IMG/VR virus record: IMGVR_UViG_3300033067_002333
Coordinates: 1 to 41,170 of that record
DNA length: 41,170 bases
Reading direction: 5' to 3' (one strand)
Source of the DNA: a virus
Lineage: Duplodnaviria; Caudoviricetes
Positions 7,894 to 16,572 of this stretch are shown one piece after another (position 1 is the stretch's first letter; every line of letters starts with the position of its first letter). A program made the position numbers and the translations under genes. Below the pieces are notes generated by a model, which made no database searches, was not told the DNA's origin, and saw nothing but the letters and a program-made list of their open reading frames with translations.

Positions 7894-9581
7894 CAGTCCT
7901 CGGCCTCGTCATCCGCCGCGAGATCGTCCTCGGTGGGATCCTCGGAGTCGGGCTTCTTCGGGTCCGCCGGCTGCGCGCTCTTCGATGCGCCGGCGTCGAT
8001 CGAGACGCCCGCCGTGGCCGCCGCCCTCGCCTCGGCCGCGAGCTGCTCGAGGACCTCGGCGTGGTCCACGCCCTTCTCGGCGAGGATACGCGTGCGAGAG
8101 TCCAGTCCGTTGCCGATGGCGATGACCGAGGCCTGCACGTCCTTCACCGGATCGACCCAGTCCCACCCGCGCGAGACCCACTTCACGTCGGTGTACTGGC
8201 GCCAGTCGGAGCTGGGGAGCCGCAGCTCGCCCGTGAGGATCGCCGCGTTGAGCCACCGTTCGTAGATGGGCTGGCGGAACGTCCCGACCCACCACTCCTG
8301 CAGCATGCGCCACAGGTCGCGTTCCAGCTGCAGGCCGCTGCGCATGCTCGAGAAGTTCACGCCCTCGAGGTCCGAGCCAAGCGTGTTGTAGTTCACGCCG
8401 AGACCGATCGCGATGCGACGCATCTGCGCCTTGGTGAACGGGTCGAATGCGGTGGACGGATGGTCCGGGGTCCATCCCTGGAACTCCTGTCCCGGCAGCA
8501 GGTAGTCGATGGTGCCGGGCGTGGCCTCCATCTCCTGTCCGGGGAGTAGCCCGCTCGAGGACTCGCTCGAGCCATCGCCCGATGCCGAGCCGCTTCCGTC
8601 CATGCTGCTGCCGGGAACGTCGGCGTCCGGGTCCTTTGTGACGATGAAGCCCATCTTCGCGGCGCCGGTGCGCGCGGCGATGAGCTCGGTCTCGGCGTAC
8701 ATGTTCAGCTGGTGGATCGCGTGCAGCACGGCCGCGACCCACGTGATGCCGCGCATCTGGTTCGCGCGGCGGACGCGCAGGTGGTGGAGCACGTTCTCGG
8801 CGTCCACGCGATAGGGCGGCCGGCTCTCGCTGCCCGGCATGTAGCGCTGCTCATTGATCCAGTAGCCGAGCCGCGCGCCCTCGCCGTCGATCTCCACGCC
8901 GAGCCGCACCTCGCGCGCGCCCGGGATGAGGACCGCGGTGCGCGTCTCGTCGACCAGGTCCGCGTCGATCGCCTGCAGGCCGAGGCCGTGGTGCCGGCGC
9001 GGTCCCTCGGAGATGCGGGTGAACGCCTCGCCGTCGCGCGCGACCGACTCGAGCTGGAGCAGCTCGAACGCGGCGAGGTTCATGGTGCGGTCCACGGTGA
9101 CCGGGCCGCGGCAGTAGCGCGCCCATCCGGCCTCGATCGTGTCGTTGACCCGCTCGTCCAGCTTGCCGTCGGGCGTCCGGATCTGCGCCTGCAGCCGCGC
9201 GCCGGTCGGGCCGACGACGTTCACCTGCAGCATGTTCAGGAACTGGACCACGACCGGGTCATTGCGCGAGAGCTCGCGCGCGCGGGCGCGCAGGACCTTC
9301 AACTCGCCGCGGACCTCGTCGTCGGGGGACATGCAGCGCGCGATCCAGTCCCACGTGAGCCGGTTGCTGACGCTGCCGACGTAGTTCGAGCGCCGCCCGC
9401 GGCCGCCCGCGCGCGCGAGGGCCTCCTGCTGGTGCCGCTCGGCCGCTCGCTGCTGCATCCGCTGGCCGAGCTCGAGCGTGTCCATGGCCCGCGCATGTGC
9501 GCCGGCGTGGGTGGCGGTGCCGCTGCCGGTGAGCTCTCGGAATGCGCGGGTGACGCGCTGGGGCAGCGGCTGCTTGGCCAT
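7893..9581 (-). CDS. Portal protein, lambda gpB family
   Basis: RARARELSRND, QMRGITW, GVNFSSMRSG, WVDPVKDVQA. Confidence 0.95.
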   Translation of the reverse strand: MAKQPLPQRVTRAFRELTGSGTATHAGAHARAMDTLELGQRMQQRAAERHQQEALARAGGRGRRSNYVGSVSNRLTWDWIARCMSPDDEVRGELKVLRARARELSRNDPVVVQFLNMLQVNVVGPTGARLQAQIRTPDGKLDERVNDTIEAGWARYCRGPVTVDRTMNLAAFELLQLESVARDGEAFTRISEGPRRHHGLGLQAIDADLVDETRTAVLIPGAREVRLGVEIDGEGARLGYWINEQRYMPGSESRPPYRVDAENVLHHLRVRRANQMRGITWVAAVLHAIHQLNMYAETELIAARTGAAKMGFIVTKDPDADVPGSSMDGSGSASGDGSSESSSGLLPGQEMEATPGTIDYLLPGQEFQGWTPDHPSTAFDPFTKAQMRRIAIGLGVNYNTLGSDLEGVNFSSMRSGLQLERDLWRMLQEWWVGTFRQPIYERWLNAAILTGELRLPSSDWRQYTDVKWVSRGWDWVDPVKDVQASVIAIGNGLDSRTRILAEKGVDHAEVLEQLAAEARAAATAGVSIDAGASKSAQPADPKKPDSEDPTEDDLAADDEAED

Positions 9582-9585
9582 CGGT

Positions 9586-10125
9586 TCAGACTCCCGGGAA
9601 GGTGATCTTGCGTGGGGGGATTCGGCCGCCGTTGCGTTCCTTCATCACGGCCCAGCGGGCCCGGTTGCGCATCCCCTCGAGTTCCTTGGTGGGAATGAGG
9701 TTCACCGAGCGCCCGCCGACGCTGAACGCCTCCATGTCGCCGCCGCCGGCGTAGCGCCGCTCGAGCGCGGCCTCGAGGAGCGCGAGCTGGCGCTCGGAGG
9801 CGGTCACCATCTGGCCGGCCGTGGCCGCGGCGATGTCCGCGGTGACGATCAGCGTCCCGGTGGCCGCGGTCTGCACGACGGTCGCTTTCGTCGCCCGCTC
9901 CTCCCACACGTAGCGCCCCGGCAGCAGTGCGCCGGTGGTGGTGGAGTCCAGCGTGAAGGTGAACGAGTCGCCGCTCGGGACGCCGATGACCGTCTGCACG
10001 GCAGGGCCGGCGATGTGGAGCTTGAGGCCCCAGCCAGCCGAGGCCGGGAAGTCGGAGTAGTTCCGGGTGTACTCGACGGTGGTGCTCTGGACGAGGCTGG
10101 ACGGGAGCGCGGAGAGGGTCGCCAT
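9586..10125 (-). CDS. Head completion/adaptor protein (gpW-like C-terminus)
   Basis: ATG at 10125 with gagga RBS; LEAALERR...FSVGGRSVNLIPTKELEGMRNR; directly upstream of the portal gene. Confidence 0.75.
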   Translation of the reverse strand: MATLSALPSSLVQSTTVEYTRNYSDFPASAGWGLKLHIAGPAVQTVIGVPSGDSFTFTLDSTTTGALLPGRYVWEERATKATVVQTAATGTLIVTADIAAATAGQMVTASERQLALLEAALERRYAGGGDMEAFSVGGRSVNLIPTKELEGMRNRARWAVMKERNGGRIPPRKITFPGV

Positions 10126-10159
10126 GCGCCCATCCTCATGCGCGGACCCCGTCGGCGAA

Positions 10160-10180
10160 CATTCTAGTTTTACTAGAATG
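10160..10180. promoter_or_regulatory. Palindrome with outward-facing TAGAAT -10 boxes between divergent late genes
   Basis: CATTCTAGT-TTT-ACTAGAATG; AT-rich patch in GC-rich DNA. Confidence 0.6.
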
Positions 10181-10245
10181 GTAAGACGCCCCTTCCGTCT
10201 CGCATCGTGCTCGCACGCGGCAATGGTGCCGCGAGCGAGGTGACG

Positions 10246-10551
10246 ATGGCGCTCTCGAAGAACAACACGGCGGACAAGTTCCGCGGTCAGTACGCGGACT
10301 CCGAGGAGGTCGGTGGACCCGACTGGCCCGCGATCCGCGCGCTCGCGGTCACCCCGAGCGACGGCGTGGACCTCACCTTCGTCACCCGCGCGCTGCACGT
10401 CGGCACCGGTGGCGACATCGTCGTGGACTTCGCCGAGAGCGGCTCCTCGATCCTCCTCAAGAACATCGCCTCGGGATCCACGCTGCCTTACCGGGTCAAG
10501 CGCGTGCGTGCCACCAACACGACCGCGACCGACATCGTCGCACTGGCCTGA
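10246..10551 (+). CDS. Head spike base protein, RcGTA Rcc01079-like
   Basis: AVTPSDGVDLTFVTRALHVGTGGDIVV...GSTLPYRVKRVRATNTTATDIVAL. Confidence 0.8.
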   Translation: MALSKNNTADKFRGQYADSEEVGGPDWPAIRALAVTPSDGVDLTFVTRALHVGTGGDIVVDFAESGSSILLKNIASGSTLPYRVKRVRATNTTATDIVALA

Positions 10552-10554
10552 GCC

Positions 10555-11355
10555 GTGATCGGGCTCGGGCTGAGTCTCACCAAAGCCGCGCTGCGACACG
10601 GCGGCGGAACACCAGGGGAACCCGAATTGAGCCTCGACAGCGAACTCGAACGCACGATGCTGCGGATCTACCCGTTCGATGCGGTCGCCTACACCGCTCG
10701 CAAGAGCGCGACCGCCATCGTCCGCGTGGAGCCGCCGAACCTCGTGCTCGACTTCAACGGCGCCGGGGCCAACCGCTACGTCGAGTGCTGGGTAGAGCGC
10801 TCCGGGACGGACATCCCCTTCGAGGGACCCGACAGCTCCGACTGGTTCGCGTACACGTTCGAGATTGCGGCGCACATCGGTCCCTACCAGATCGGTACGC
10901 TCACCAACACGACCTACACGGGCCTTGTCATCGGGACGCCGAACACCGCGCCGCCCTATCCGACCACGTACGACGCGCCGTTCGCGATGCTGCGCTACAG
11001 CACCGGCCGTGCCACGTGGGAGCTGGTGAGCTCGGTGGGAGACGCCTCCACGCCGGCGACCGTGGTCGATCTCGTGGGCGTCCCGACCATCGTCCCCGGC
11101 GGCGGTGCCCGCGCGCGACTGCGCTACGACCCGCACCTGCAGAAGGTCAGCGCGTGGGTCGGCGGTGTGCTCGGCGCCGAGATCACGACGCAGGCGCTAC
11201 TGCCGCAGTTCGGCATCGACCCGGGAACCGGCGCGGTCGCCGGGATGTTCGCCACGACCGGATCCAACGCCGCCGGGGCCGGATACGCCTGCTTCGCCGC
11301 CTGCCACTGCAAGCTCTACGACCTCGACCAGCCACCGGCCACCCTCTGGTACTGA
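10555..11355 (+). CDS. Head fibre/spike protein with Rcc01080-like N-terminal anchor
   Basis: N-terminal MIGLGLSL directly after the spike base gene; beta-rich remainder. Confidence 0.65.
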   Translation: MIGLGLSLTKAALRHGGGTPGEPELSLDSELERTMLRIYPFDAVAYTARKSATAIVRVEPPNLVLDFNGAGANRYVECWVERSGTDIPFEGPDSSDWFAYTFEIAAHIGPYQIGTLTNTTYTGLVIGTPNTAPPYPTTYDAPFAMLRYSTGRATWELVSSVGDASTPATVVDLVGVPTIVPGGGARARLRYDPHLQKVSAWVGGVLGAEITTQALLPQFGIDPGTGAVAGMFATTGSNAAGAGYACFAACHCKLYDLDQPPATLWY

Positions 11356-11356
11356 C

Positions 11357-13414
11357 ATGACCGTGATCCCGAAGGCACCCGAGACCATCGAGGCACCGAA
11401 GGCACCCGAGCCGCCGCCGTCGCGGCTGCCGAAGCAGTTCCGGTGCGAGGTCCTGTCCATGACGCGCCAGGCGCGCGCCGAGGACGAGGCCGCGGATTCC
11501 GACCCGGTCTTCACCGTCGTGCTCGCCACCGAGACGCCCGCCAAGAAGTGGTGGGGCGAGGAGACGCTCTCGTGCGAGCCGAGCGCCGTGAACCTGTCCA
11601 GGGCCAAGCTCGGCATCCCGTACCTGCTCGAGCACGGCAGCACCTACGGCAACACGATCGTCCCCGAGACGCGCGTGGGGTTGCTCTACAACCTGCGCCT
11701 CGAGAACGGCCAGCTGCTGGCGGACTCGAAGTTCTCGCGCTCCCAGCGCGGGCAGGACGCCATGCGCGACGTGGAGGACGGGATCATCCCGTACGTCTCC
11801 GTCGGCTACATCGTCGAGCGCTACAAGGTCACCCAGAAGCCGGACTACGCGGCCGGGACGATCGAGAAGCGCACGGCCACCCGCTGGACTCCCGTCGAGG
11901 GCTCGCTCGTCGCGTTCCCCGCGGACCACAAGGCCGTCTCGGCGCGTTCGGCCGAGGGCGACCAGTTCCCCATCGAGTTCGAAGCAGAGGAAGTCGCACC
12001 GACGCAGACCTCGACCACCGAGACCCGAGCACAACAGGAGAGCCAGATGGATCCCAAGGAAGCCGCTGCCGCAGCTGCCGCATCCGCCACCGCCACGGCG
12101 CCGGCCCCGACCGGTACCGTCGAGACCCGCAACGCCGGCGGTGCACCGCCCGACCGCAACGCGGAGGTCGCCCGCATCATGGAGGTCTGTGCCGCGAACA
12201 ACGTGTCGTCCGCGGACCAGATCGCCTATGTCCAGCGCGGGATGCGCTTCGAGGAGGTCGCTGTCGACATCCTCAGCAAGCGCGCCACGCCCACGCATGC
12301 CATGCCGTCCGCCGAGCAGGTCACCGGCGCGAGCAAGCGCGAGCTGCGCAACTACAGCTTCCAGCGCGCGCTCCGCATGGCCATGGAGGTCAAGGAGGGC
12401 CGGACGCCGAAGGGCCTCGAGTGGGAGGTCAGCGAGTCGTTCGCGAAGTCCCTGCCGGTCAGCGTCCAGCGCCGCAACGGCGTCATCATCCCGATGCGGA
12501 TCAACGATGAGACCGACGAGTCCCGCGAGCGCCAGACCCGCGCGATGGGGACCGGCGTCGCCGGTGGTGGCGCGGAGCTCGTGCACACCCAGCACGGCGA
12601 GTTCATCGACATCCTGCGCAACAAGACGCTCGTGATGAAGTACGGCGCGCAGGTGCTCACCGGCCTCACGGGTCCGATCGAGTGGGACCGCCAGACCGGT
12701 GACGCCACCGTTTACTTCGTCGGCGAGAACCCGGCGGCGGCCGTCGCCGCCTCCGACCTCGCGTTCGGGCAGATCACCAGCTCGCCCAAGACCATCCAAG
12801 GCAAGGTGGTGGTGCCGCGCCAGCTGATGACGGTGTCGAGCATCGACATCGAGGCGAAGATCCGCAACAGCCTCGCGTTCGGCCACGCCGCCGCGTGGGA
12901 CCGCAACGCCATCCACGGCCCGGGGACGGACCGCGCACCGCTCGGCATCTACAACACGCCGAGCGTCAACTCGGTGGCCTTCGGTGGCAACCCGACGTGG
13001 GACAAGCTGATCGACATGCAGACCGCGATCGACGACAGCAACGCGCTGGACGGATCGCTGGCCTACATGACCACGCCGCTCGTCGCCGGCCGCTGCCGCA
13101 AGACGGTCGTCACCACCAACGCCAACGTGCTGGGCTTCCTCTGGAACCAGCGCGCGGGTGAGGGCGAGCTCGCCGGCTACCGCGCCGGTTCGACCAAGCA
13201 GGTCCTCCGCACGCTCGGTGCTGGCTCCGACCACGGCCTCGTGTTCGGAGACTGGAGCCAGCTCGCCATCTGCATGTGGGGTGGGCTCGAGGTGATCTTC
13301 GACCAGGTGACCGCGGCTGACTCGGGTCAGGTCAAGTTCATCACGTTCCAGATGGGTGACAGCACCGTGCTCCGTCCCGAGGCGTTCTGCGTCGGTACGG
13401 GCGTCACGGCGTGA
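11357..13414 (+). CDS. Prohead protease-scaffold-major capsid protein fusion (HK97 fold)
   Basis: Protease motifs YLLEH, VSVGY, EGSLVAFPAD; capsid motifs FIDILRN, GPGTDRAPLGI, VFGDWSQL, VLRPEAF. Confidence 0.92.
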   Translation: MTVIPKAPETIEAPKAPEPPPSRLPKQFRCEVLSMTRQARAEDEAADSDPVFTVVLATETPAKKWWGEETLSCEPSAVNLSRAKLGIPYLLEHGSTYGNTIVPETRVGLLYNLRLENGQLLADSKFSRSQRGQDAMRDVEDGIIPYVSVGYIVERYKVTQKPDYAAGTIEKRTATRWTPVEGSLVAFPADHKAVSARSAEGDQFPIEFEAEEVAPTQTSTTETRAQQESQMDPKEAAAAAAASATATAPAPTGTVETRNAGGAPPDRNAEVARIMEVCAANNVSSADQIAYVQRGMRFEEVAVDILSKRATPTHAMPSAEQVTGASKRELRNYSFQRALRMAMEVKEGRTPKGLEWEVSESFAKSLPVSVQRRNGVIIPMRINDETDESRERQTRAMGTGVAGGGAELVHTQHGEFIDILRNKTLVMKYGAQVLTGLTGPIEWDRQTGDATVYFVGENPAAAVAASDLAFGQITSSPKTIQGKVVVPRQLMTVSSIDIEAKIRNSLAFGHAAAWDRNAIHGPGTDRAPLGIYNTPSVNSVAFGGNPTWDKLIDMQTAIDDSNALDGSLAYMTTPLVAGRCRKTVVTTNANVLGFLWNQRAGEGELAGYRAGSTKQVLRTLGAGSDHGLVFGDWSQLAICMWGGLEVIFDQVTAADSGQVKFITFQMGDSTVLRPEAFCVGTGVTA

Positions 13415-13899
13415 GACGAGTGATGAAGAACGTCACCGTCCGCGTCCTGCGCTCGCACCTCCTCGGGGGCGGGCTGGTGGCGGAGGTGGGTGATGTGCTC
13501 GATGTCCCCGAGCACGTCGCCACCCTGCGCATCAGCGTCGGCCAGTGCGAGCTGCTCCCGCCGGCGCCCCCTGCGGCGGGAGAGGCCCCGGCCCCGGCGG
13601 TGTCTCCGCCGGTGCCAGCAGTCCCCGCACCAGCGGATCCCGCGGCCGTCGCCGCGCCGGGCCCGGATGGTGCGCCCGCACCCACACCCGGCGCCGATGC
13701 CGGGAACACCAACACCGATGCGAACTCGGCGGCCGGAGCCCCTGCTCCAGCTGCCGGGGGAGCATCGGATCCCAACGACCCCACGCAGCCGGCGGCCGGT
13801 GCTCCCGCCACGGCGGCTGCTCCCGACCCGTCCACCACGACCGCCGCGCCCGCGGGCTCCGACAAGCCAGCGGCCGGCCGGAGGGGCAACCGCCCATGA
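13411..13899 (+). CDS. Capsid-associated protein with a long Pro/Ala-rich tail
   Basis: Small N-terminal domain VGDVLDVPEHVA then low-complexity sequence; coupled to both neighbours. Confidence 0.6.
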   Translation: MRRVMKNVTVRVLRSHLLGGGLVAEVGDVLDVPEHVATLRISVGQCELLPPAPPAAGEAPAPAVSPPVPAVPAPADPAAVAAPGPDGAPAPTPGADAGNTNTDANSAAGAPAPAAGGASDPNDPTQPAAGAPATAAAPDPSTTTAAPAGSDKPAAGRRGNRP

Positions 13900-14282
13900 C
13901 CGCAGTCACCAACCATCTCGCCAAGTGCAGCGCGATCTCGCTGCAGCAGCCGCTGCAGGTCACCGGTACCGGCACCACGAACGGCACCGGGCAGGACGTC
14001 AGCGCGCTCGAGGGCATCGTCCTCGTCGTGCTCGACGCCAACTACGTCTCCGGCACCTCCACCCTCGACGTGAAGCTGCAGGAGTGCGACACGGTCGGCG
14101 GTACGTACACCGACATCACCGGGGCGGCGTTCACCCAGGTGGCGGTCGCCGACAGCGTCCAGACGCTCAAGCTCGACATCGGCAGCACGAAGAAGTTCGT
14201 GCGGTCGGTGGGCGTGGCGGCCGGTACGTCCCCGGTCTACACGTGGGGCGTCTCGCTCATCGGCATGCCGAAGTACAGCTGA
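13896..14282 (+). CDS. Capsid decoration/cement-like beta-sandwich protein
   Basis: ATGA-coupled; TLDVKLQECDTVGGTYTDITGAAFTQV...KKFVR. Confidence 0.6.
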   Translation: MTAVTNHLAKCSAISLQQPLQVTGTGTTNGTGQDVSALEGIVLVVLDANYVSGTSTLDVKLQECDTVGGTYTDITGAAFTQVAVADSVQTLKLDIGSTKKFVRSVGVAAGTSPVYTWGVSLIGMPKYS

Positions 14283-14285
14283 TCC

Positions 14286-14591
14286 ATGACGCCACTCGGT
14301 GACGCATACATCCCCGGCATGCTCGCTCACGCGGGCGAGCCGGTCACCCTCGGGGCGACGACGGTGCAGGCACTCGTCGACCGCTCCGGGGAGGATGTGT
14401 TCCGTGATGACGGCGGCGCTCCGGAGCTCTCGGGCCGGAGCGTCGTCGTCACCGTGAAGACCGGTTCGCTTCCCGGTCTCGCCACCGGCGTCGCCATCAC
14501 CGTCGACGGTTCGCCCTACAAGGTCCGGCGCTGGCAGCTGGCCGAGCTGGATGGGGCGCTGACCCAGATCCAGTGCGTGGTCCGCACGTGA
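14286..14591 (+). CDS. Head-tail joining protein (gpFII-like)
   Basis: About 100 aa; GVAITVDGSPYKV...DGALTQI; position in neck module. Confidence 0.65.
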   Translation: MTPLGDAYIPGMLAHAGEPVTLGATTVQALVDRSGEDVFRDDGGAPELSGRSVVVTVKTGSLPGLATGVAITVDGSPYKVRRWQLAELDGALTQIQCVVRT

Positions 14592-15043
14592 GCACCATCC
14601 TCGAGCAGATCACCGCGGATGCGCTCGCGCGGCTCAACGCGGTCGGGAAGCCGGCCGGAGTCCCCGTCGCCGAGTACGTCAGTGGCCGTGTCCCGCAGTC
14701 CTCGGAGCTCCCGCTCCGGGAACTGGACTGGGGCCCGGACAAGATCCATCCCGGCCCGTCCCCGGCCATGCCGGTCTCGCGCCATGAGCTGCGCCTGACC
14801 ATCGTGGACTGGGTCACCGACTCCGTCTCTCCGGCGCTCCGGCCGAAGCAGGTCGCCGAGCCCATGCGCGCGTGGAGCGTGAAGGCGCTGGTGCAGCAGA
14901 AACTGGCAGGCCTCGGATTCGATGTGCTCGAGATCGGCACCGTGTGGCAGGACGTGCAGTCCGACGTGCCCATCTGCCGGGTCGAGCACCACTTCACCGT
15001 CTCGTACACCACCAGGTCCACCGATCTCGAACTCCGGGCCTAG
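14588..15043 (+). CDS. Tail terminator (gpU-like)
   Basis: GTG start overlapping the previous stop; C-terminal FTVSYTTRSTDL; precedes the tube gene. Confidence 0.6.
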   Translation: MSTILEQITADALARLNAVGKPAGVPVAEYVSGRVPQSSELPLRELDWGPDKIHPGPSPAMPVSRHELRLTIVDWVTDSVSPALRPKQVAEPMRAWSVKALVQQKLAGLGFDVLEIGTVWQDVQSDVPICRVEHHFTVSYTTRSTDLELRA

Positions 15044-15061
15044 CCCGAGGAGGGTAGTGAG

Positions 15062-15850
15062 ATGTCCTACACATCCAACGGCAACAACGTCCTGCTCGGG
15101 CGCGGCAAGGTGTTCTTCAACCGCCTGAGCGCCGCCGGCGTCCCGACCGGCTACAAGTTCCTCGGCGAGGTCTCGAAGCTCGAGCTCAGCACCGAGGACG
15201 ACGTCGTCGAGATGCGCGACCACACCGTGGCCTCGACGCCCGTCCTCAAGAAGGTCGTCCGCCAGCGCGACGGCAAGGTCTCGCTCACGTTCCACGAGAT
15301 GGACAAGGAGAACCTCGCCCTGGCGCTGATGGGCTCGGTCTCCTCGTACACACAGGCCAATACCGCGGTCACCGGTGAAGTCCTGACGACCTCGGTCGTG
15401 AAGGGCCACTCGTACAAGACCGTCAACCGCCAGCTCATCACCGGGGGAACGCTCGTGGTCAAGCAGGGCGCCAGCACGCTCGTGCTCGGCACCGACTACG
15501 ACGTCGCAGACGCCGTGACCGGACTCATCCACATCAAGGAGTCCTCGGTCACCGTCACCGACGGCTCCACGATCACGATCGACTACACCAAGCCGGCCAT
15601 CACCGCGCCCGGTCTCGCGCGCGTGGTCGGCGGCAATGCCACGTTCATCGAGGGCGCGCTGCTCTTCGTCGGCGATCCCGCGGCCGGCCCGTCGGCCGAC
15701 GTGGAGATCTGGAAGGCATCCGTCTCGCCCTCGGGCGTGCTGGGGCTCATCCAGGACGAGTTCGCCGGCGTGGACCTCGAGCTCACCATCCTCAGCGACA
15801 CCACGAACCACCCGACCGAGCCCCTGTACGCCGTGACGATCAAGGCCTGA
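15062..15850 (+). CDS. Major tail tube protein
   Basis: LGRGKVFF, FLGEVSKLEL, ENLALALMG, ASVSPSGVLGLIQDEF; gaggaggg RBS. Confidence 0.8.
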   Translation: MSYTSNGNNVLLGRGKVFFNRLSAAGVPTGYKFLGEVSKLELSTEDDVVEMRDHTVASTPVLKKVVRQRDGKVSLTFHEMDKENLALALMGSVSSYTQANTAVTGEVLTTSVVKGHSYKTVNRQLITGGTLVVKQGASTLVLGTDYDVADAVTGLIHIKESSVTVTDGSTITIDYTKPAITAPGLARVVGGNATFIEGALLFVGDPAAGPSADVEIWKASVSPSGVLGLIQDEFAGVDLELTILSDTTNHPTEPLYAVTIKA

Positions 15851-15853
15851 TCC

Positions 15854-16408
15854 ATGACCGAGCAGAACGGAGCGCCCGAGATCATCACCCTCGGCGGACG
15901 CCAGTTCCGCCCAGTCACCGACACGACCCTGAGGCACGACCAGTACACGTTCGGCATCATCCACCAACTCGGACTGAACGCGGTCTCGCTGCAGCCTGGC
16001 GAGGCCGCGGAGTCCTTCGCTCGCCGACTCCTCGGGGCATGTCTGTCGAGCGAGAAGGTGTTCCACCTTCTGGGCGGGCTCATCGTCCCCGTTTCGACTG
16101 GTTCCGAGGGCTGGTCGCCTTCGGTGGCCGAAGGGACCGCCCTCTTCCTCATGTCCCTCGAGAGCGAGGAGGACAAGGCCCGCATCCACGGCCTCATCGC
16201 CTCGATGCTCGTGGATTTCTTTCAGGCCGGGATCAGCTCGCTCGTCGATTCGCCCGCATCTTCGACGCCTGCGGATTCCGGCGCACCAAGCCCGGCGCGG
16301 GCCGCGAGCACGCCCGAGACGACCGGTTCGGCGACTGGGAGGGACCTGTCCGCTTTCTCACCGGAGGCGACCAGGGTGCTGCAGAACAGTGGTGCGACCG
16401 CCGGCTGA
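15854..16408 (+). CDS. Tail assembly chaperone (gpG-like)
   Basis: Lies between tube and tape measure genes; has an overlapping -1 frame ORF. Confidence 0.65.
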   Translation: MTEQNGAPEIITLGGRQFRPVTDTTLRHDQYTFGIIHQLGLNAVSLQPGEAAESFARRLLGACLSSEKVFHLLGGLIVPVSTGSEGWSPSVAEGTALFLMSLESEEDKARIHGLIASMLVDFFQAGISSLVDSPASSTPADSGAPSPARAASTPETTGSATGRDLSAFSPEATRVLQNSGATAG

Positions 16409-16572
16409 CGGACCTGTACTTGTGCTGCCTCGCGCGCCTGCGTGAACAGGCGCGCGAGGAGCACCGCTTCGAACTCCTGCTGCACACGATCGTAGCGCCG
16501 CACCGCCGGCGTGCTTCGAAGCCGCCGAAACGACCCGAGATCATGGAGGACCGGTTCGATGCCCAGCCCTGA
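16213..16572 (+). CDS. Tail chaperone frameshift extension (gpGT-like)
   Basis: -1 frame is open to 16572; candidate slippery heptamer G GAT TTC at 16213-16219. Confidence 0.5.
   Translation, partial: GFLSGRDQLARRFARIFDACGFRRTKPGAGREHARDDRFGDWEGPVRFLTGGDQGAAEQWCDRRLTDLYLCCLARLREQAREEHRFELLLHTIVAPHRRRASKPPKRPEIMEDRFDAQP

Noticed and set aside
10126-11136. N-terminal 337 aa of the 9586-11136 minus-strand ORF
   Set aside because: It overlaps the spike genes antisense; the plausible start with an RBS is 10125
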